From contig UYFQ01000720.1 of assembly GCA_900617105.1 (NCBI GenBank), forward strand, positions 1 to 57,991: a stretch of DNA of 57,991 nt, in the 5' to 3' direction. A program made the translations under genes and the position numbers. How positions within the stretch are numbered: position 1 is the first letter of the stretch; each line of letters starts with the position of its first letter. Under the pieces are notes generated by a model. That model ran no database searches and was not told the origin of the DNA. It saw only the letters and a list, made by a program, of their open reading frames with translations. The stretch comes from Hydrurus foetidus. Its lineage: Eukaryota. Positions 37,050 through 50,389 of the stretch are shown here, one piece after another.

Positions 37050-38253
37050 TTAGTTTACAGCACGCTCTCTCTCCTTGGAGGTGACATTAATATGACAGTG
37101 GGTAAAAAAATTGCAAGCAGTATCTCCTAAGATGCAATTGTATAGAGCTTTCTCAAAGTTCTGAGCGAGTGGGAAGTTAGGGTCATCTAACGGAAAGTGA
37201 GCACGACAGTAGTCTTTTGCTCGGTGGAAGACAAGCTCTATCGGATTGTAGTCATAACTGTAAGGCTCAAAGAATACAGGGATAACACCATGGGTTTGAC
37301 ATAAAGTTATTATCGCAGCTTTGTTGTGCACAGGTGCATTGTCGTTAAATAGTACGCTCTTTTCAAGCGGAAATGGATTCATCAAGGGCAATATACAGTC
37401 CTCTAAGACACGCAAGTAAGTTTCACCATCAATCATTTCCTCGTGCATCGATACCACCTCTATGCCTTTAGTAGACATTGCAGCAATTGCTGAGCAACTC
37501 CCTAACATTAGTTTATGAGTGAGTATAAATTTGGCCTCAAGTTATAATGATGGATTCGCAAGTTACCTCGATGACCGTGTCGATTGTACAGGTGCACGAA
37601 TGCACGAACATTGATGTCAGATCTACCATAGCGGCGTCTGATCGATTTTTCGGTGAGATGGCTGTACATATGAATGATAAAATGAGCAATTGCTATGACT
37701 ACAGATGCCTCACAAGATTAATTTACCTTTCATCCACATAGAATCTCTGCTCGGCAGTATATATGCTAGTTATCCTCAGAAATTCTTGCCTTTTCCTTTC
37801 GTTTTGCTCTCGAGCATGAACCTCCAGTACCTTTCGAGTTAGGTTGCGACTCTTCAGGGCAGCCCATATTTGACGGGGACTGTAGGCCGGGTAACCAGCA
37901 TTCAATAAGAAATCAGCCATCTCACTGAGATACAAAGTTGGGTCAGTTTGCAACTCCTGCAATAGTAGCTCTATCTCAACCGTTGGAATCCCTACCCAGT
38001 TCTTACTGCCATGACCTCTTGTACGAAAATCTGTGATCATGTGCGTTCCTTTAGATTCAAGCTAATTAATTACAACTAAAATTAGACGGATGTCACCTAG
38101 TGATCCAGTCTCTAACCGTAGACGTATCAACCTCCAGATGGTTCTGACTGAGCAACCATAAAGAAGGGAAGCTTCTGCAACGTTCTGCCTATTATGGCCT
38201 CTAGAATCCATGAAGTCTAGAATAAGTTCTCTCACTTGAAGAGTCAATGTCAT
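37050..38253 (-). CDS. DD34E transposase (341 aa); exons 38253-38097, 38048-37727, 37661-37567, 37501-37050
   Basis: HTH SVRTIWR; DPTLYLSEM; FYVDES; DNAPVH followed by PYSYDYNPIE with 34 residues between D and E. Three GT-AG introns keep the frame. Confidence 0.92.
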
Positions 38254-38622
38254 GACTGCTGGTTTGCCAACTCCATGTTTGTAGGAGTTGAATGGTGCTA
38301 TACTTATGCTAGGATTCAGCATGTGCGAAGTTGAGTTCCCTGATGGCGCGCCTGTTCTGTACAGTTCCCTGGGGGGGATCGGCTGCCAATCAGAAGTGAA
38401 ACCACAATATATGCCGCCAAAACTGGGTGGATTTTTCACTTCAACCATTACCGCTGGTGGGAGGGTTCTATTTCCGGCCGGATTTCACGGGACTTGACGG
38501 TTTAGGTACTATAATTCATCTCAGATCAATTGAAGAACAGAGAACACTTTCATCATCAACCACATAAGCGTCGCAGGCAACTCAGATTCAAATTGGGAAT
38601 CCGTCGCAGCCGCCGCTGAAAC

Positions 38623-39238
38623 ATGCCGCTTCTTCACTTCTGGAGTACCCTGCTAGTCTCTACTCTTTTCCTAGTTTCATTGTCGCATATTCAATGCTTT
38701 ACTCCTCGTAAATCATCATTTGTGAGATGCCGTTCTCCAACAAGCTTGAAGATGTCTCTTGAGAGTACAATCGCCGCCATCGCTCCACGTATCATTAGCA
38801 CCCTACAGTTAGCTGATACAAGCATTTCGGAGGAGGAGGTATTGGACCTTGTCGGACAGGCCGGTGATCTACCGGATCCATTCTTCACAGTTGTTGTCGC
38901 TGGTATCATCGTTCTGGGTGTCGCCATTCTCCAATTTTCTCTCGGAGATCTTACAAAAGAGGTAATAATCGGACTCTCATGATCCCTGTCTCTCATCATT
39001 CTATTCTTGCAATACCGAGGGATTGATAAATCCCTCGCGTTCGGTAGAAGCGTCGTCGGTCTGGTTTGATTACTTCCACACATGAGCGTTTCATGCGATT
39101 TCCTGTCAGAGGTTCTAATTTTAAATCGAGCTGCACTTATATCATATTTTTCTCGTTTATCAGGAGGGTCAGGCTCGCGTACGAGACTTTTTACAAACAC
39201 GCAAAGACACGGAGAGGAAGAGAGGCTACTTCGATTGA
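38623..39238 (+). CDS. Small plastid-targeted single-pass membrane protein, copy A; exons 38623-38961 and 39164-39238
   Basis: Signal peptide ending QC|F, Ser/Arg-rich transit-like region, one TM helix, C-terminus EGQARVRDFLQTRKDTERKRGYFD. Conserved with the paralog at 51584-52174. Confidence 0.82.
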
Positions 39239-40116
39239 GCGAGAATATTAGTCTCGCATTCTAATCTGGATACACTGAAATGACCAAGAAGTGAATTGTG
39301 AATTCCTCATGTACATACTGTTCTCACCACCAAAATTCAATTCATCGCAGTGCTGCACACAGCAGACACAAATCATTTATACAGCCGTCTGACTTACTTC
39401 CACTTGTAAATAACGACCCCTTTTTCCTTCGTGCAGTGGTGTGGAGTAAGGGAATGAGAATGAATTCAATAGCCAGTTTTATTGCTAGTAAAAAGTACTT
39501 GAGATCACATGTACTTGAGATCGCATCGGGGGGAACTCCCCCCGATGCGAAAATGCCATAAAATATCACAGTAAAGATTTTCGAACAATCACGCTATACG
39601 GCCGCACTTGTCTCTCGAAGCTTACAAATATTGCAGACAGAGTGCAAGTGTGAAGAAATTTCGACGCAGAGTTACAATTGTAGTCTATCAAGAGCACTCC
39701 ACTTTCAATTTGCGACAAATGATAATATCCCACAGCGAGTCCATGGCAAAGTGAATATTGATAGCTCCATGATGATATGCATCATTTCTATATAAGGTAC
39801 TTCTCTATTGTTTGATGAATGGTTGTCGAGATGTTACTGCTAGATGTTATAGATTAGACCAGATGAAGAATCAAGCCCAGATTTAGTCCGAGAAGCATAA
39901 AATTAGGTGGAGCATTAAAGATGAAAGTTCGAGATTTGAAGTCGACTCCATGCTCCATGATGGTTATTTCTGATTTTTTCTCCAGTCATGTGATCAGTAG
40001 CGCTTATCACAATTCACCATCCACGAAAGAAATTTAGAGCATTGAGGGAATCTGAATTGGGCAGTGACGTTGCCATGCAAAAGTTTTGAAAGATTTGACT
40101 ACAGAACTACTGAGTC

Positions 40117-43100
40117 ATGGGGAACCCTTTCTTTTTTCTCTGCATTGCTGTGACAGTCTTATCCTCATCATTAACTTTTGGTCTCTTCGAAGATCAGGCT
40201 GGCGAGTATGACTGGAAGATCGAGAGCATTGGAGCTATCCAGCAGTCTTTCATAGAGGTGATTCAGACGTTTTTCTTCACAAGAAATCAACTTAGATACT
40301 ATTAAAACGTTCGACTCCGCCACCTCTGTAACAAAGGATATTCATAATACTGAGATTTAACTATCCTCTATCTTACAGAACGAGAGGACGATTGTCTCTA
40401 CCGCTCAAAGTGTTATCGCCAGCATCAATAACAATGATGGTGGGCTCAAGTGGAGAATATCTCTTCCACGGGGAACAATCGTTCATCAAATTATCTCCGG
40501 AAAAGCTCCTTCCGGATCAGTCGATATATTCTCACTTTCTAGTATTAGGAGTACATCACAAGGTGCTTCTGGCAGTGATCATCAGTACACGCTGAGTTCA
40601 TGGTCTTCCGATTCGGGTACATTGAGATGGCAGTTACCTCTGGGTTTGAAGAAACTTGGCTTGACTGATTTAGTGTATGACAGCTCTAGATTTCTACTGA
40701 CTTGTCTCTGTGGAAATACTATCGACACGGCTACTGTTAGAGGCTACTTACTATGGCACTGGAATCCTGCTCTGTCGGACGATTCTCAACTAGTAGGAAA
40801 CACAAAAAATGGGAAGCAATTAGTACTCACACAGCTTCTTCCTCGTGTGGAAAATTTCCAAAGCAACACAGACAATCAGTCAAGGACAAGAATAGCAGTT
40901 GGATGCTTCAGTGATATTGCTACAGAGGAATCAGAACAGGATGCACGTAGGTACAGCTGTCCGTCATCTTATATTTCTTTCCCTTCTGGGAATTCCGAGA
41001 ATTCTGAATCTGAAGCAAAATGCGGCAACACGGCTGTGATTTCCGTTATTCTTCCTACGAAATTAAAAGTTTCAGCAGTCGGAGGTGAGGTCGCTCCAAC
41101 AATTAATGTTAAAGTTTTCCATCCTCTTTCTGATGTATCTGTGTCATCATTGAGAGCCACGATGAGCACGTACGAAAACGCACCGTATGCACAGAGTGAC
41201 ATCATCTTCGGAACGTCTGTAAGTACTGATAGGAAGCCAAAAGTGTTCGTTCTCAGTCTTTCTAATGAATCTGTTTATTCTGAGGAAATTCCATCTGCTG
41301 CTGTTTCGATTCCAACACGCGGAGCTTCTTATTTGATCGCCTCTGAAAATCACGGATTCACTCCAGTTCTCGTATTCTGTGACAGTCTTGCTTGCTCCTC
41401 TTTCTACATCACTGATAAAAGTGAGGATCGTGTGGGTGTTCTGAGTGAGTGTGTTGGTGTGAGGTCCATTCTAGGATTTGAAAGAATTCCCTTTGGGGGA
41501 TCATTGGGTGCGGCCATTTCATGCACAGAAATACCGGATAAAAAAATGCAAAAAAGTGAAAATGAAAATGAAAATGAGAAAGTGTGTGTGAATAAAGATC
41601 AGTGTGGTGTGGTTGAAAGTGAGAATATTATACGAGTGAGGTCATCGAGAATAGTTGAGAATGGAGTGCAGTCGAATTTTAACTTTGTTCTGACAGAACA
41701 ACCTTTAATTTCTCCACTTCTCTTTGTGTCTATTTCGAGCAAAGGAGATACACACACAGTATTGGCAGTGCAGTCCAACTTACTCACGACATTTTACACG
41801 GGCGTTTCTACATTTAATGTTGGTACTAACGCTGTTAAAGTGTGGAGTAGAGAGGAGTGTTTGAGTCACGTAAAACAGACAGTCATTGCGGATGATGCGA
41901 GGAATCACGTGCATGTAGATGGAGTTGATGATGTCGCTCCTAGTTTCACTGAGAGACTTTTACTGCAATATGAAGAGCTGAAGGTGATTTTATTTTTATG
42001 TATTTTTACATTATCCATCGATCTGCCTCTTTGTCTATGTGTCTAACTTCTTGCTAATCTATCAAGCTACCCAATTATCAGTCAATCTATCCATTTACGT
42101 ACCTTTCTATATGCCGATGCGCCAAATGGTATCTGCATTGTTTATCTGTATACTCCTCATATCCTGTGTCATTTACATCACCTACATTCACACTCAACTT
42201 ATCGTATAAATTGAAGTTATTTACCTATTTATTTATTCATTCATCTATTTATTTATTCAATTATTTTTTATTTAACTATTCATTTATTCATCTAATTATT
42301 TATTTATTTATTTATTTATTCATTTGTTCATGAATATATTTGTTTTAGCAAACAATAAGCAGTCTGGAAATTTCCCTGAACGCACTCCCACAAGTTCTCT
42401 ACGAACATTCCGTGACAGGATTCGGAATGTTCCCCAGCACTTCAACTTCCAATTCTCCCCGACTTGAAGTTGAAGTTGGCTTAGGAATAGATATTCTTGC
42501 GAGAAAACGTAGGCAATTGAAAAAAGGAATTCTATCTAATAAAGTTAATTTGTCGAAAGCTCGATTATTTGGATTTAATAAAATAGCCGTGTGCTTCTCT
42601 TCCCGGTACGATTTGCTGCTGGTAAATTTTATTTGATGCGTTTACTTTTTAGAGAATGATTGTTGAGAATTTTTAGACGTTTACTTAAATTTGATAACCA
42701 TGGTTAATTTTCATTTTCTGTACTAATCTCTTATCTTTTATTCAACTCCTACCATTCTTGGTATTTTCATCATCGTCACCATTTCTGTGTTTACGATCAC
42801 TGCAATCACTATCATTATTGCCCTCGTCACTACCATCACTATATCCACATCCTCACTATCCTTGCCATTTTTTCCATCAATGCAGTCAAGCCAACATCGG
42901 AGGAGAGACGGTCCTGGAATCTGAAGAACCCATGATCCTAAAATCAGACAAATTAAGGTTTTCAGATGCTGGTTTAAGATTAATTGGATTGGACCTTCTG
43001 ACTGGTGACGTTATCTGGACCCTGGATCCAACTCTGGAATCTGGACGTAAAATCTCTCTGGGATCTGAACAATGTGAAATTGAAAATAGCGAGGAATGCA

Positions 43101-46100
43101 ATGGAGTTTTATTTGCCAAAATCGTAACCTTACATTCATCCCCCCAGGGATCAGAAATTTCCCTTTTGGTTTCATTAGTGTCAGGTAGTACGTATGTGTG
43201 GAACATTGATGTTGCAACTGGTAGTGTTTCCCAGGAACATTCTAAGCAATTACCGGATAAATATGAGGGGCATTTAGTGGGAATAATGTCCATGCAGAGA
43301 AGTGGCGAAGTTTCCAAGGGGACTTCTCAATTCTTATTGGTGAGTCTAATCATATGAAACACCATCAAATATTCTGCACTCAGCAGTATTTTAACCCTAA
43401 TGTTCTCCCCTCTTTTTTTTTCTTTCTTCTCTCTCTTCTTTTCTATTCTCTTCTATCGTCTTATCTTTTCTTTCATTCTTCTTTCATTCTTCCTTACTTC
43501 CTTCCTTCCTCCCTTCCCTCTGTCTCCCACATAATCCCCTGCAATTCGTCTCAAACTTTAAATTGTTGCTACCTTCATCACATTTCACATTTTGCATTTT
43601 TCTCTCTTACGGATGCATAATTTATTATTTATTTACTATTCCCTCTTTTCTTGCTGTCCCCCTGTTATTTTTATTTAGCTGAAATCAACAGAAGTTGGAG
43701 CGGTGGCTGCGTCCCTCTTTCCTTCTACCCACACCACCTCAACCGCTACATCAAATTTCAATTCCAACTCTACGATATCCGGTACTTACACGCATAAATT
43801 GGACAGAAAAACTGGCAAGTTATCAACTTTTTCGGTGAGTAAAAATAATTTTTTCTGCTTGTTTCGAATAAAAAGAATTGAAAAAAACGAATCTGGTTTA
43901 AACTAAGTTTATTTATTTCCTATCCTAATTATTATTTCCATATCTATTGTTATTCGATTTTAATTTTCATCAGAACGCACAATCCTCGATTTTTTTTTTT
44001 TTTTCCGATTATTTCTTATGCATCTTTAAACAGATATCACCCGATGGAAAGGGGTCACCCGTTGCATCTGCTCTGTTTCCTGGTCCGCTGTCATCGGTGT
44101 CCTATCCCTATTTCGATGATGTCATCGACACCAGATACACGGTCATAGGTGACTGACAATGCTACACCATTTATTCAATCAAATTGCAGTTGATGTCACA
44201 CTACTTTTTCATCTGTTTATTTAGTAAGTGCATAAATTTCATTTTCCTGCAAAGATTCAATTACTACTAAATTAATAGGTTTCCTATTAAAAAATTATTT
44301 GCTTACACTTTTCTATTTCGTTTATATCTTGACATGATGACCAAGCGTTGGTTCTTTGTTCTTTGTTCTTTTTTGTTGATTCACTTCGAACCTTTTTAGG
44401 ATCTTTACAGTATAACCAGCGTCATTCTCTCTAATTTGATTTCTTTTCCCCTCTTTTTGCTGCTATTTCATTAATTTAGGTGACCGCTCTTTATTGATGA
44501 AATACGTGAATCCGCACACCGTGCTGATCACCTATTTCTCTGGAAGCAGCAGCGAATCGTCTGAATCAGCATCAAATGATGACGGTCGCGTTTTAGAAGC
44601 TGCCTTGGTGGACACAATATCATGCAAGATATTATACCGTATTGAACTGAGTAAAACGGCCACATTACCGGTCAACTCTTTAATCGTTGAAAATCACATT
44701 ATCATCACCTATTGGAACGCAAAGGCAAAACGCACAGAGTTGTCTTCCACGGCTTTGTACGAGGGAATGGTAGACGTGTTCGGACTGTCCCCTCTAAGTT
44801 ACTTCTCCGCTCTACCCCAGCAAATAAGGGACGCAGATTTGTCCTCTTTTTCGTCCCCAAATCCTTTGGGGATACAGCGTACGTACGTGATTCCGAGGGC
44901 AGTGACGTCGCTGCATCATACGGTCACTAGCAGAGGTGCGTTATATTGTCCAGTGTTTTGTGCGTTGCTTGGGTTGGATGTGTATAATTTATGTACATGT
45001 ATTCTAAATGAATTGGGAACTGTTACAGAATGTTCTTTCCCCTCTCTCTCTTTTACCCTCCCTCCTTTTCTCCCATCCCTTCTTTCCTCTTCATCGTTCC
45101 CTTTCCCTATCTGCCTGCCTCCCTCCCTCCCCTCTTCTTCTTCCCGTAAAACGTCACTGACGCATGAATTGAAATCAAGGCTCCTCTTTTATTCCAGGTC
45201 CACGTTTATCGGGACCCACCCCTATACACGACAACTAAGTGTACCGTACTGAAAACTGAATTCAGTGCGGTCAGCTAATTGTCGTGCATAGGGGTGGGTC
45301 CCGATAAACGTGGACCTGGAATAAAAGAGGAGCCTTGAAATGTATTTTCAACCTTAAAAACTCATTGATTTGAACAAAAATGAATTATTTCTTATTAGGA
45401 ATGGCACACAAGAATATTCTGATGGGACTATCAGGTGGCCAATTATTCTCACTTGACCACCGCTTACTTCATCCAAGACGACCAGTAGGGCCTCCTACGA
45501 TAGGAGAGAAAGAAGAGGGACTAGTGCAGTACAATGCATTCATACCGATAATTCCTCAGCATGCCGTTACTATGGATACAAGGGTGGCAGGAGAATGTCT
45601 CAAGATCGTAACGGCACCTGGTGAGTTCTCTTCAAGTGTTTTACAACTCAATCTATTGTCACTTCCGCCATTTTGTAATCAATGATTATTATTTCGAAGT
45701 TTACTTTTTTATGTAACTGATTTAATGAGAAAGCTAATTTTAGTTAATTTTAGATGATACCAGTTAACATGAATTAATTTCACGATCCCATCAACCTCGT
45801 GATGCAAATATAACCTACTACAAACACGCAACACAGAATATTTTCACACCAATTGTTAACAATTACCATCTTATTTTTATTCATTTATTTTTATTTCAGT
45901 GCGTCTGGAAAGCACTTCACTTGTTCTTGTGTATGGAGGCCATGATTTGTTTTTCTCCCGATTGAGACCGTCAGAAGGGTTTGATGTTCTAGCATCAGAT
46001 TTCAATTATCCTCTGCTAATTTTCTTGTTGGTTGTTTTGGCTGGATGTGTTCTTGCCTTGAAAAGAGCCCATGCGGAGAAAAGTTTGAAGCAAAGTTGGG

Positions 46101-46105
46101 CGTGA
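40117..46105 (+). CDS. EMC1: ER membrane protein complex subunit 1, multi-exon
   Basis: Signal peptide then LFEDQAGEYDW; GDRSLLMKYVNPH; ENHIIITYWN; T(S)RGMAHKNIL; LESTSLVLVYG..DLF..PSEGFDVLASDFNY followed by a TM helix and LKQSW. Confidence 0.93.
45176..45337. mobile_element. 162 bp hairpin MITE in an EMC1 intron with a 4 bp TSD (AAAT)
   Basis: About 50 bp of perfect inverted repeat starting CAAGGCTCCTC; AAAT at 45172-45175 and 45338-45341. Confidence 0.88.
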
Positions 46106-47053
46106 AAATGCAGATTTCATCTCATTTTGTTTGAATGCAATGTGTTTGACTTAGACACTGTCTGCTGTACTTTCACTCGTACGTTCTAATATGACTGATA
46201 GTGGTATGTTCTGACATGCTGTAATGTGCGTGGTAAGAGCCACGCTACACTACGCTAAGTTATGATGTGATAAGTTATGCTATGTCATGATATGCCGAGT
46301 TGTGATATGCTACACTTTGTTATTTATCTTGTCTTGCAGTTGGTTGGTGTGGGTCCCATAAAGAGATTTTAGAACATGAGGCAATGAATGCAGTAACTTG
46401 AACCTTTGAATGCTTCAAGACAGAAAGAAAGGGACACCAAAATTTCGTGACGAAAAGTGTTACACTATACAACTTGATCCACTTCACTGATTAATGGACA
46501 TTAAAATGCACATACTTTTCAAATAGAATGATATTGGTCTAACTCTAAATAAATGAAAACAAATAAACATTTCAATTTGAGCTTTTTTTTTGCCCCAACT
46601 GCATTGAAATCTTTTACGTCTCCAGTCATGACGATATATTCAAATTGAATTACGTAAAGCAGTCTAATATAGAGTTGCCCATTGTAATTGCCGGATACTT
46701 ATCAAGCCTGAAAACAGGTGAGAGAAATTATTGAGAGGGAAAAGAATCAAATTTCTATCACCATGTGATCAGTTATCAAGAGCACTATCTTGTAGAGACG
46801 AGAAAAATAAAAGAATAGATGAATGACCTGTGAACTCAAAATCCGTTAAAAATTGTTTCAAGGAAAATACAAAATACACGAAAAACTGTGGTTCATTCCA
46901 ATGCCTCATGATGAGTGATGAGTGACTGATGGAGACGTGTCGCAATTCGCGATATCATTGACTCCTTCAAGAGCTCAAGAAGGGTAGCCAGTGCCTTGGA
47001 TTGGGCTCATCACAATCGTTTTGAATGGCATAATATCGTCGTCTTTGGAAGCG

Positions 47054-48271
47054 ATGATGAATAGGATGAATGCAGGCTTCATTATAAGTTTCATCGCTTT
47101 GGTGTTTATGTCATCTGAGATCAGATTGATCTTTGCATCGCCCCGGCCCATTCCTCCATCTATTCCACAAGTGTCGACTCATCCGGTTCTTAGATTCTAT
47201 AATGCGCGGAACAGGGAGTCTAGATTTCAGGAAATGTACGATGGCATCAATGAAATGAAAGAAGTTGAATTAGATCAACGCATAGCAATAGCAGTCAGAC
47301 AGGACCCCTTCATGGTTATCCAGTGTTTGACGACGACTTATATCCTGCTGAACACAATAGTAGAGCAAATTGTGCCAGAAAAGCTCAAGCCGAGAATCAG
47401 ACTGCAGAGTTTAGCAAGTGCGATAATTCTTCATATGATCGAAATAATCCTAAGGTTGGAAATTCCACCTGATCTCGCCAATCAAGGCGGAATATTCCTA
47501 GAGACTGACATCATCACTGACGCCAGAGTAGGCATGAGAGGGATTGCTGGGAGTAGGGAAGGACAGCAAATAGCGTACGCATTAGTGTGCATTCTACATG
47601 GATTCCCAAGTGGATGCGTGATACCTCTTTTAATCAGAGATTTACCGTCATATCTGAAGAACATTGGATTAGGCTTACTCTTATGCTTGCCAAAATTTGG
47701 AAATATCGGCTTTTTGATAGATTTTTTTGGCAATCTTTACAGACGGAATAACGCTGAGGAAGAAATAGAAAATACTGGTGGGAAGAAGATTACGGGTTCA
47801 GATGATACTGATGAGACAGATAATGAAAGGAGATCAACATTTAAAATCAATATGAGAAATACAAGAGTATTGGTCGATTTAGTAAGTGAGAGTCTTTCTC
47901 TGATATTTGAAACTGTTTTACTGATACAAGCAGTTACATCTCTACCTCTTAGTGGAGAAGAAAAAATAAATCTTTTCGTAATAGTGCAACACATTATTAG
48001 TTCAATATTCACATTTCAGTACATCAGTGTACGTGGCAGAGATTTTGGCATATTCCTAAAATCCGTATTTAAAAACACGGAAATTCTGAGTGTGACGCAG
48101 ACCAGTCTACGAGAGGCTGTTGATGTACTGAAAGCAAACTCGCCAGTAACATTGATCAAATCTTTGATTAGTACTGCAGCGATAAAAAAAGAGAAATCTC
48201 CCACAAGAAAGAAGAAAAATGCGTCAAAAAAGAACCCGAAAAAAAAGAAAGTGACAGTAGATATATTGTGA
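47054..48271 (+). CDS. Hypothetical multi-pass membrane protein with a Lys-rich C-terminus
   Basis: Intronless ORF of about 400 codons with several hydrophobic segments; no family recognised. Confidence 0.7.
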   Translation: MMNRMNAGFIISFIALVFMSSEIRLIFASPRPIPPSIPQVSTHPVLRFYNARNRESRFQEMYDGINEMKEVELDQRIAIAVRQDPFMVIQCLTTTYILLNTIVEQIVPEKLKPRIRLQSLASAIILHMIEIILRLEIPPDLANQGGIFLETDIITDARVGMRGIAGSREGQQIAYALVCILHGFPSGCVIPLLIRDLPSYLKNIGLGLLLCLPKFGNIGFLIDFFGNLYRRNNAEEEIENTGGKKITGSDDTDETDNERRSTFKINMRNTRVLVDLVSESLSLIFETVLLIQAVTSLPLSGEEKINLFVIVQHIISSIFTFQYISVRGRDFGIFLKSVFKNTEILSVTQTSLREAVDVLKANSPVTLIKSLISTAAIKKEKSPTRKKKNASKKNPKKKKVTVDIL

Positions 48272-48579
48272 TTATTTCTAATGCGAGTAAATTTGTCGTA
48301 TTTAATTCAACATATACAGACGTATTATTTTCGTTTGACATTTATGGATAATGAGATTGAGTTGCGTTGTGAGGATGAAAGCAGCAGTTTCCCAATCACA
48401 CAGACTGTGGTGTCGTGGTGCATCTCTCTGATTTATAAAACTGCTTGTATAGAATGTACCGGAATCGGTGACATTTGTACTAGTTACAAAGACAGAACAA
48501 GTCGAATATGTTCACTACAAATAAAAATACAAAAAAAACTTATTGATTTTCAAAGTTGCTTATAAAAGATTATTGTCGG

Positions 48580-50389
48580 TCATACAGGTACAGAAACTGG
48601 TGTCGCACTTTCCGTAAGCGCTGCCTGCGCTGCTGCTACAAAATACGAAATACAGAAATTCAGATAATATGTATTAGAAAAGATACGAGGATTGCAAGAT
48701 ATGCAGTGCTTCAGATTTTGTCTTGTATTGCAATCATTTTCAAAATGCACTACAGATCATCAGCGACGAAATAGAATAAGAAAACATCTGCAAATTAAAC
48801 TCAATATAAAAGAACAAATAAAAATAAATTAAAAAGAATTAATTGTGCTTACCCGTGTGCGTGACTAATGCCGTATAGTATCTTTTTGAAACTATTAAAT
48901 ACTGAATCCAAGCACCGGTCACTACTAATGCAACAAAAATAATCTGAAATATGAAAGGGAAAAGTTAAAAAGTACACGATATTAAAAATAGAGGCAAAGT
49001 TCGAAAATTTAAGATGGAGCAGAAAAAATTGGAGACCACTATTACGTAGTGTAAACAACAAAATAACAGTAATCGTCAAAAATAAAGATTTTTTCATGTT
49101 GAGAACTTCTTAATAGTCAGTCCAGTAAGATTTTCTTTTGGTGTATTTGGCGAGTATTGAGCGATAAACGTTATTTTCAGCGGTCATTTTCGAGTAAGAA
49201 AATATGATATTCCTGTTTAGTTGCGACTTCAACAACGCATTGTATCAGCAATATCAGTCACATTTATGATACAAACGGGGTAGGAAAACAAGAAACTAGA
49301 GAAATGACCATGCAGTTTGTGTACTTTTAACAACTCACCCAAGCACAATCCACTGTCGCGATTGAGTCATAATGGTCTTCATCGAATTTATTATCCTTGC
49401 TATTTTCTAATTCTTTGATTTTCTGAAATATTTGCGCGATATTGTCGATCACCCAGAGCAATCTCATAATTAGATTAACTCCTGCTAAAACCGTCAGTCT
49501 TTTTAAGAACGTCCCTACGTAAGCGACATCTTCCGTATTCGTTGCATCTATTCCGTATGAGCCAATTATAACGCCTGCAACACTGACAACCTGTAGAATG
49601 GGATTGGGACAGTTATGAGGTTGATAAGCGGCGTCAGATAGTGCTCTGATCAGATTGCAGATAGATACGTTGGACGAGAAATAAGTAAGATATGAAATAC
49701 TCCAACGCTTAACACAGGTAAAATACTAACAGATGGAAATTCAAATAAAAATAGCTCCTCTCTCTTCTGCTGGATTTATTCATGGTTGTATTTCTCACCG
49801 TTTCAATGTAAGCAACGACCCCATCGAGTTTTGCAAAAATATTGGCGTTAAGACCAAGATCAATCAAATAATATAAATTGTTAATAACGGTCATCGCAGA
49901 CAGCAACACCAGCATAAAAGACCAAGTAAGAATTTGTCGGCGTTGTCTTTCTAATATCTCACGATGAACTCCAGGAATGACAGTCAATCCTAGACTTGGA
50001 GTTGCTGACACAGTAGGAACTCTTTCCTCAAGATCACGAGCAGCGAGGTGATTCAGTGGTATCGGAAAGAGATGTATTGACGAGTTCCCGACGATGTTGA
50101 TACTTTTCATTGTTTTCGAATCCGTTTTGAGTTGCCTTCCAGCGAAAATAAGGCGTTGAAAAGGAATGGTAATATTTGTTAGTTTCTCTACTTCAGATTT
50201 CAGCTGTCCGACTGTAGTCTCGTCCCTAAGATTTGAAAGCGTAAGATGGGCTTCTTTCAGAATTATTTTAACGCTGAACGATCGAGTTTCTTCTACAGAT
50301 ACAATTTTAACTGAGGAGGATGGTTCAGCCACACTTGACGGGCATCCAGCCTCCTCGTCACTCCCTAATTTCTGATAAAGTGCTGACAT
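48580..50389 (-). CDS. Ubiquitin-like-domain membrane protein; exons 50389-49799, 49590-~49339, ~48943-48853, ~48635-48580
   Basis: UBL motif TTVGQLK..QRLIFAGRQL..IHL followed by about four TM segments; GT-AG introns keep the frame. Confidence 0.78.

Larger units (their letters stand above)
32958..38407. mobile_element. IS630/Tc1/mariner-superfamily (DD34E) transposon, 5.45 kb, two genes
   Basis: ~170 bp near-perfect TIRs (32958-33128 and 38236-38407), TA on both flanks (32956-57 and 38408-09), internal transposase. Confidence 0.93.

Noticed and set aside
42220..42340. (TTTA/TTCA)n tract, with a similar tract at ~31000-31070
   Set aside because: Ordinary low-complexity intronic or intergenic sequence.
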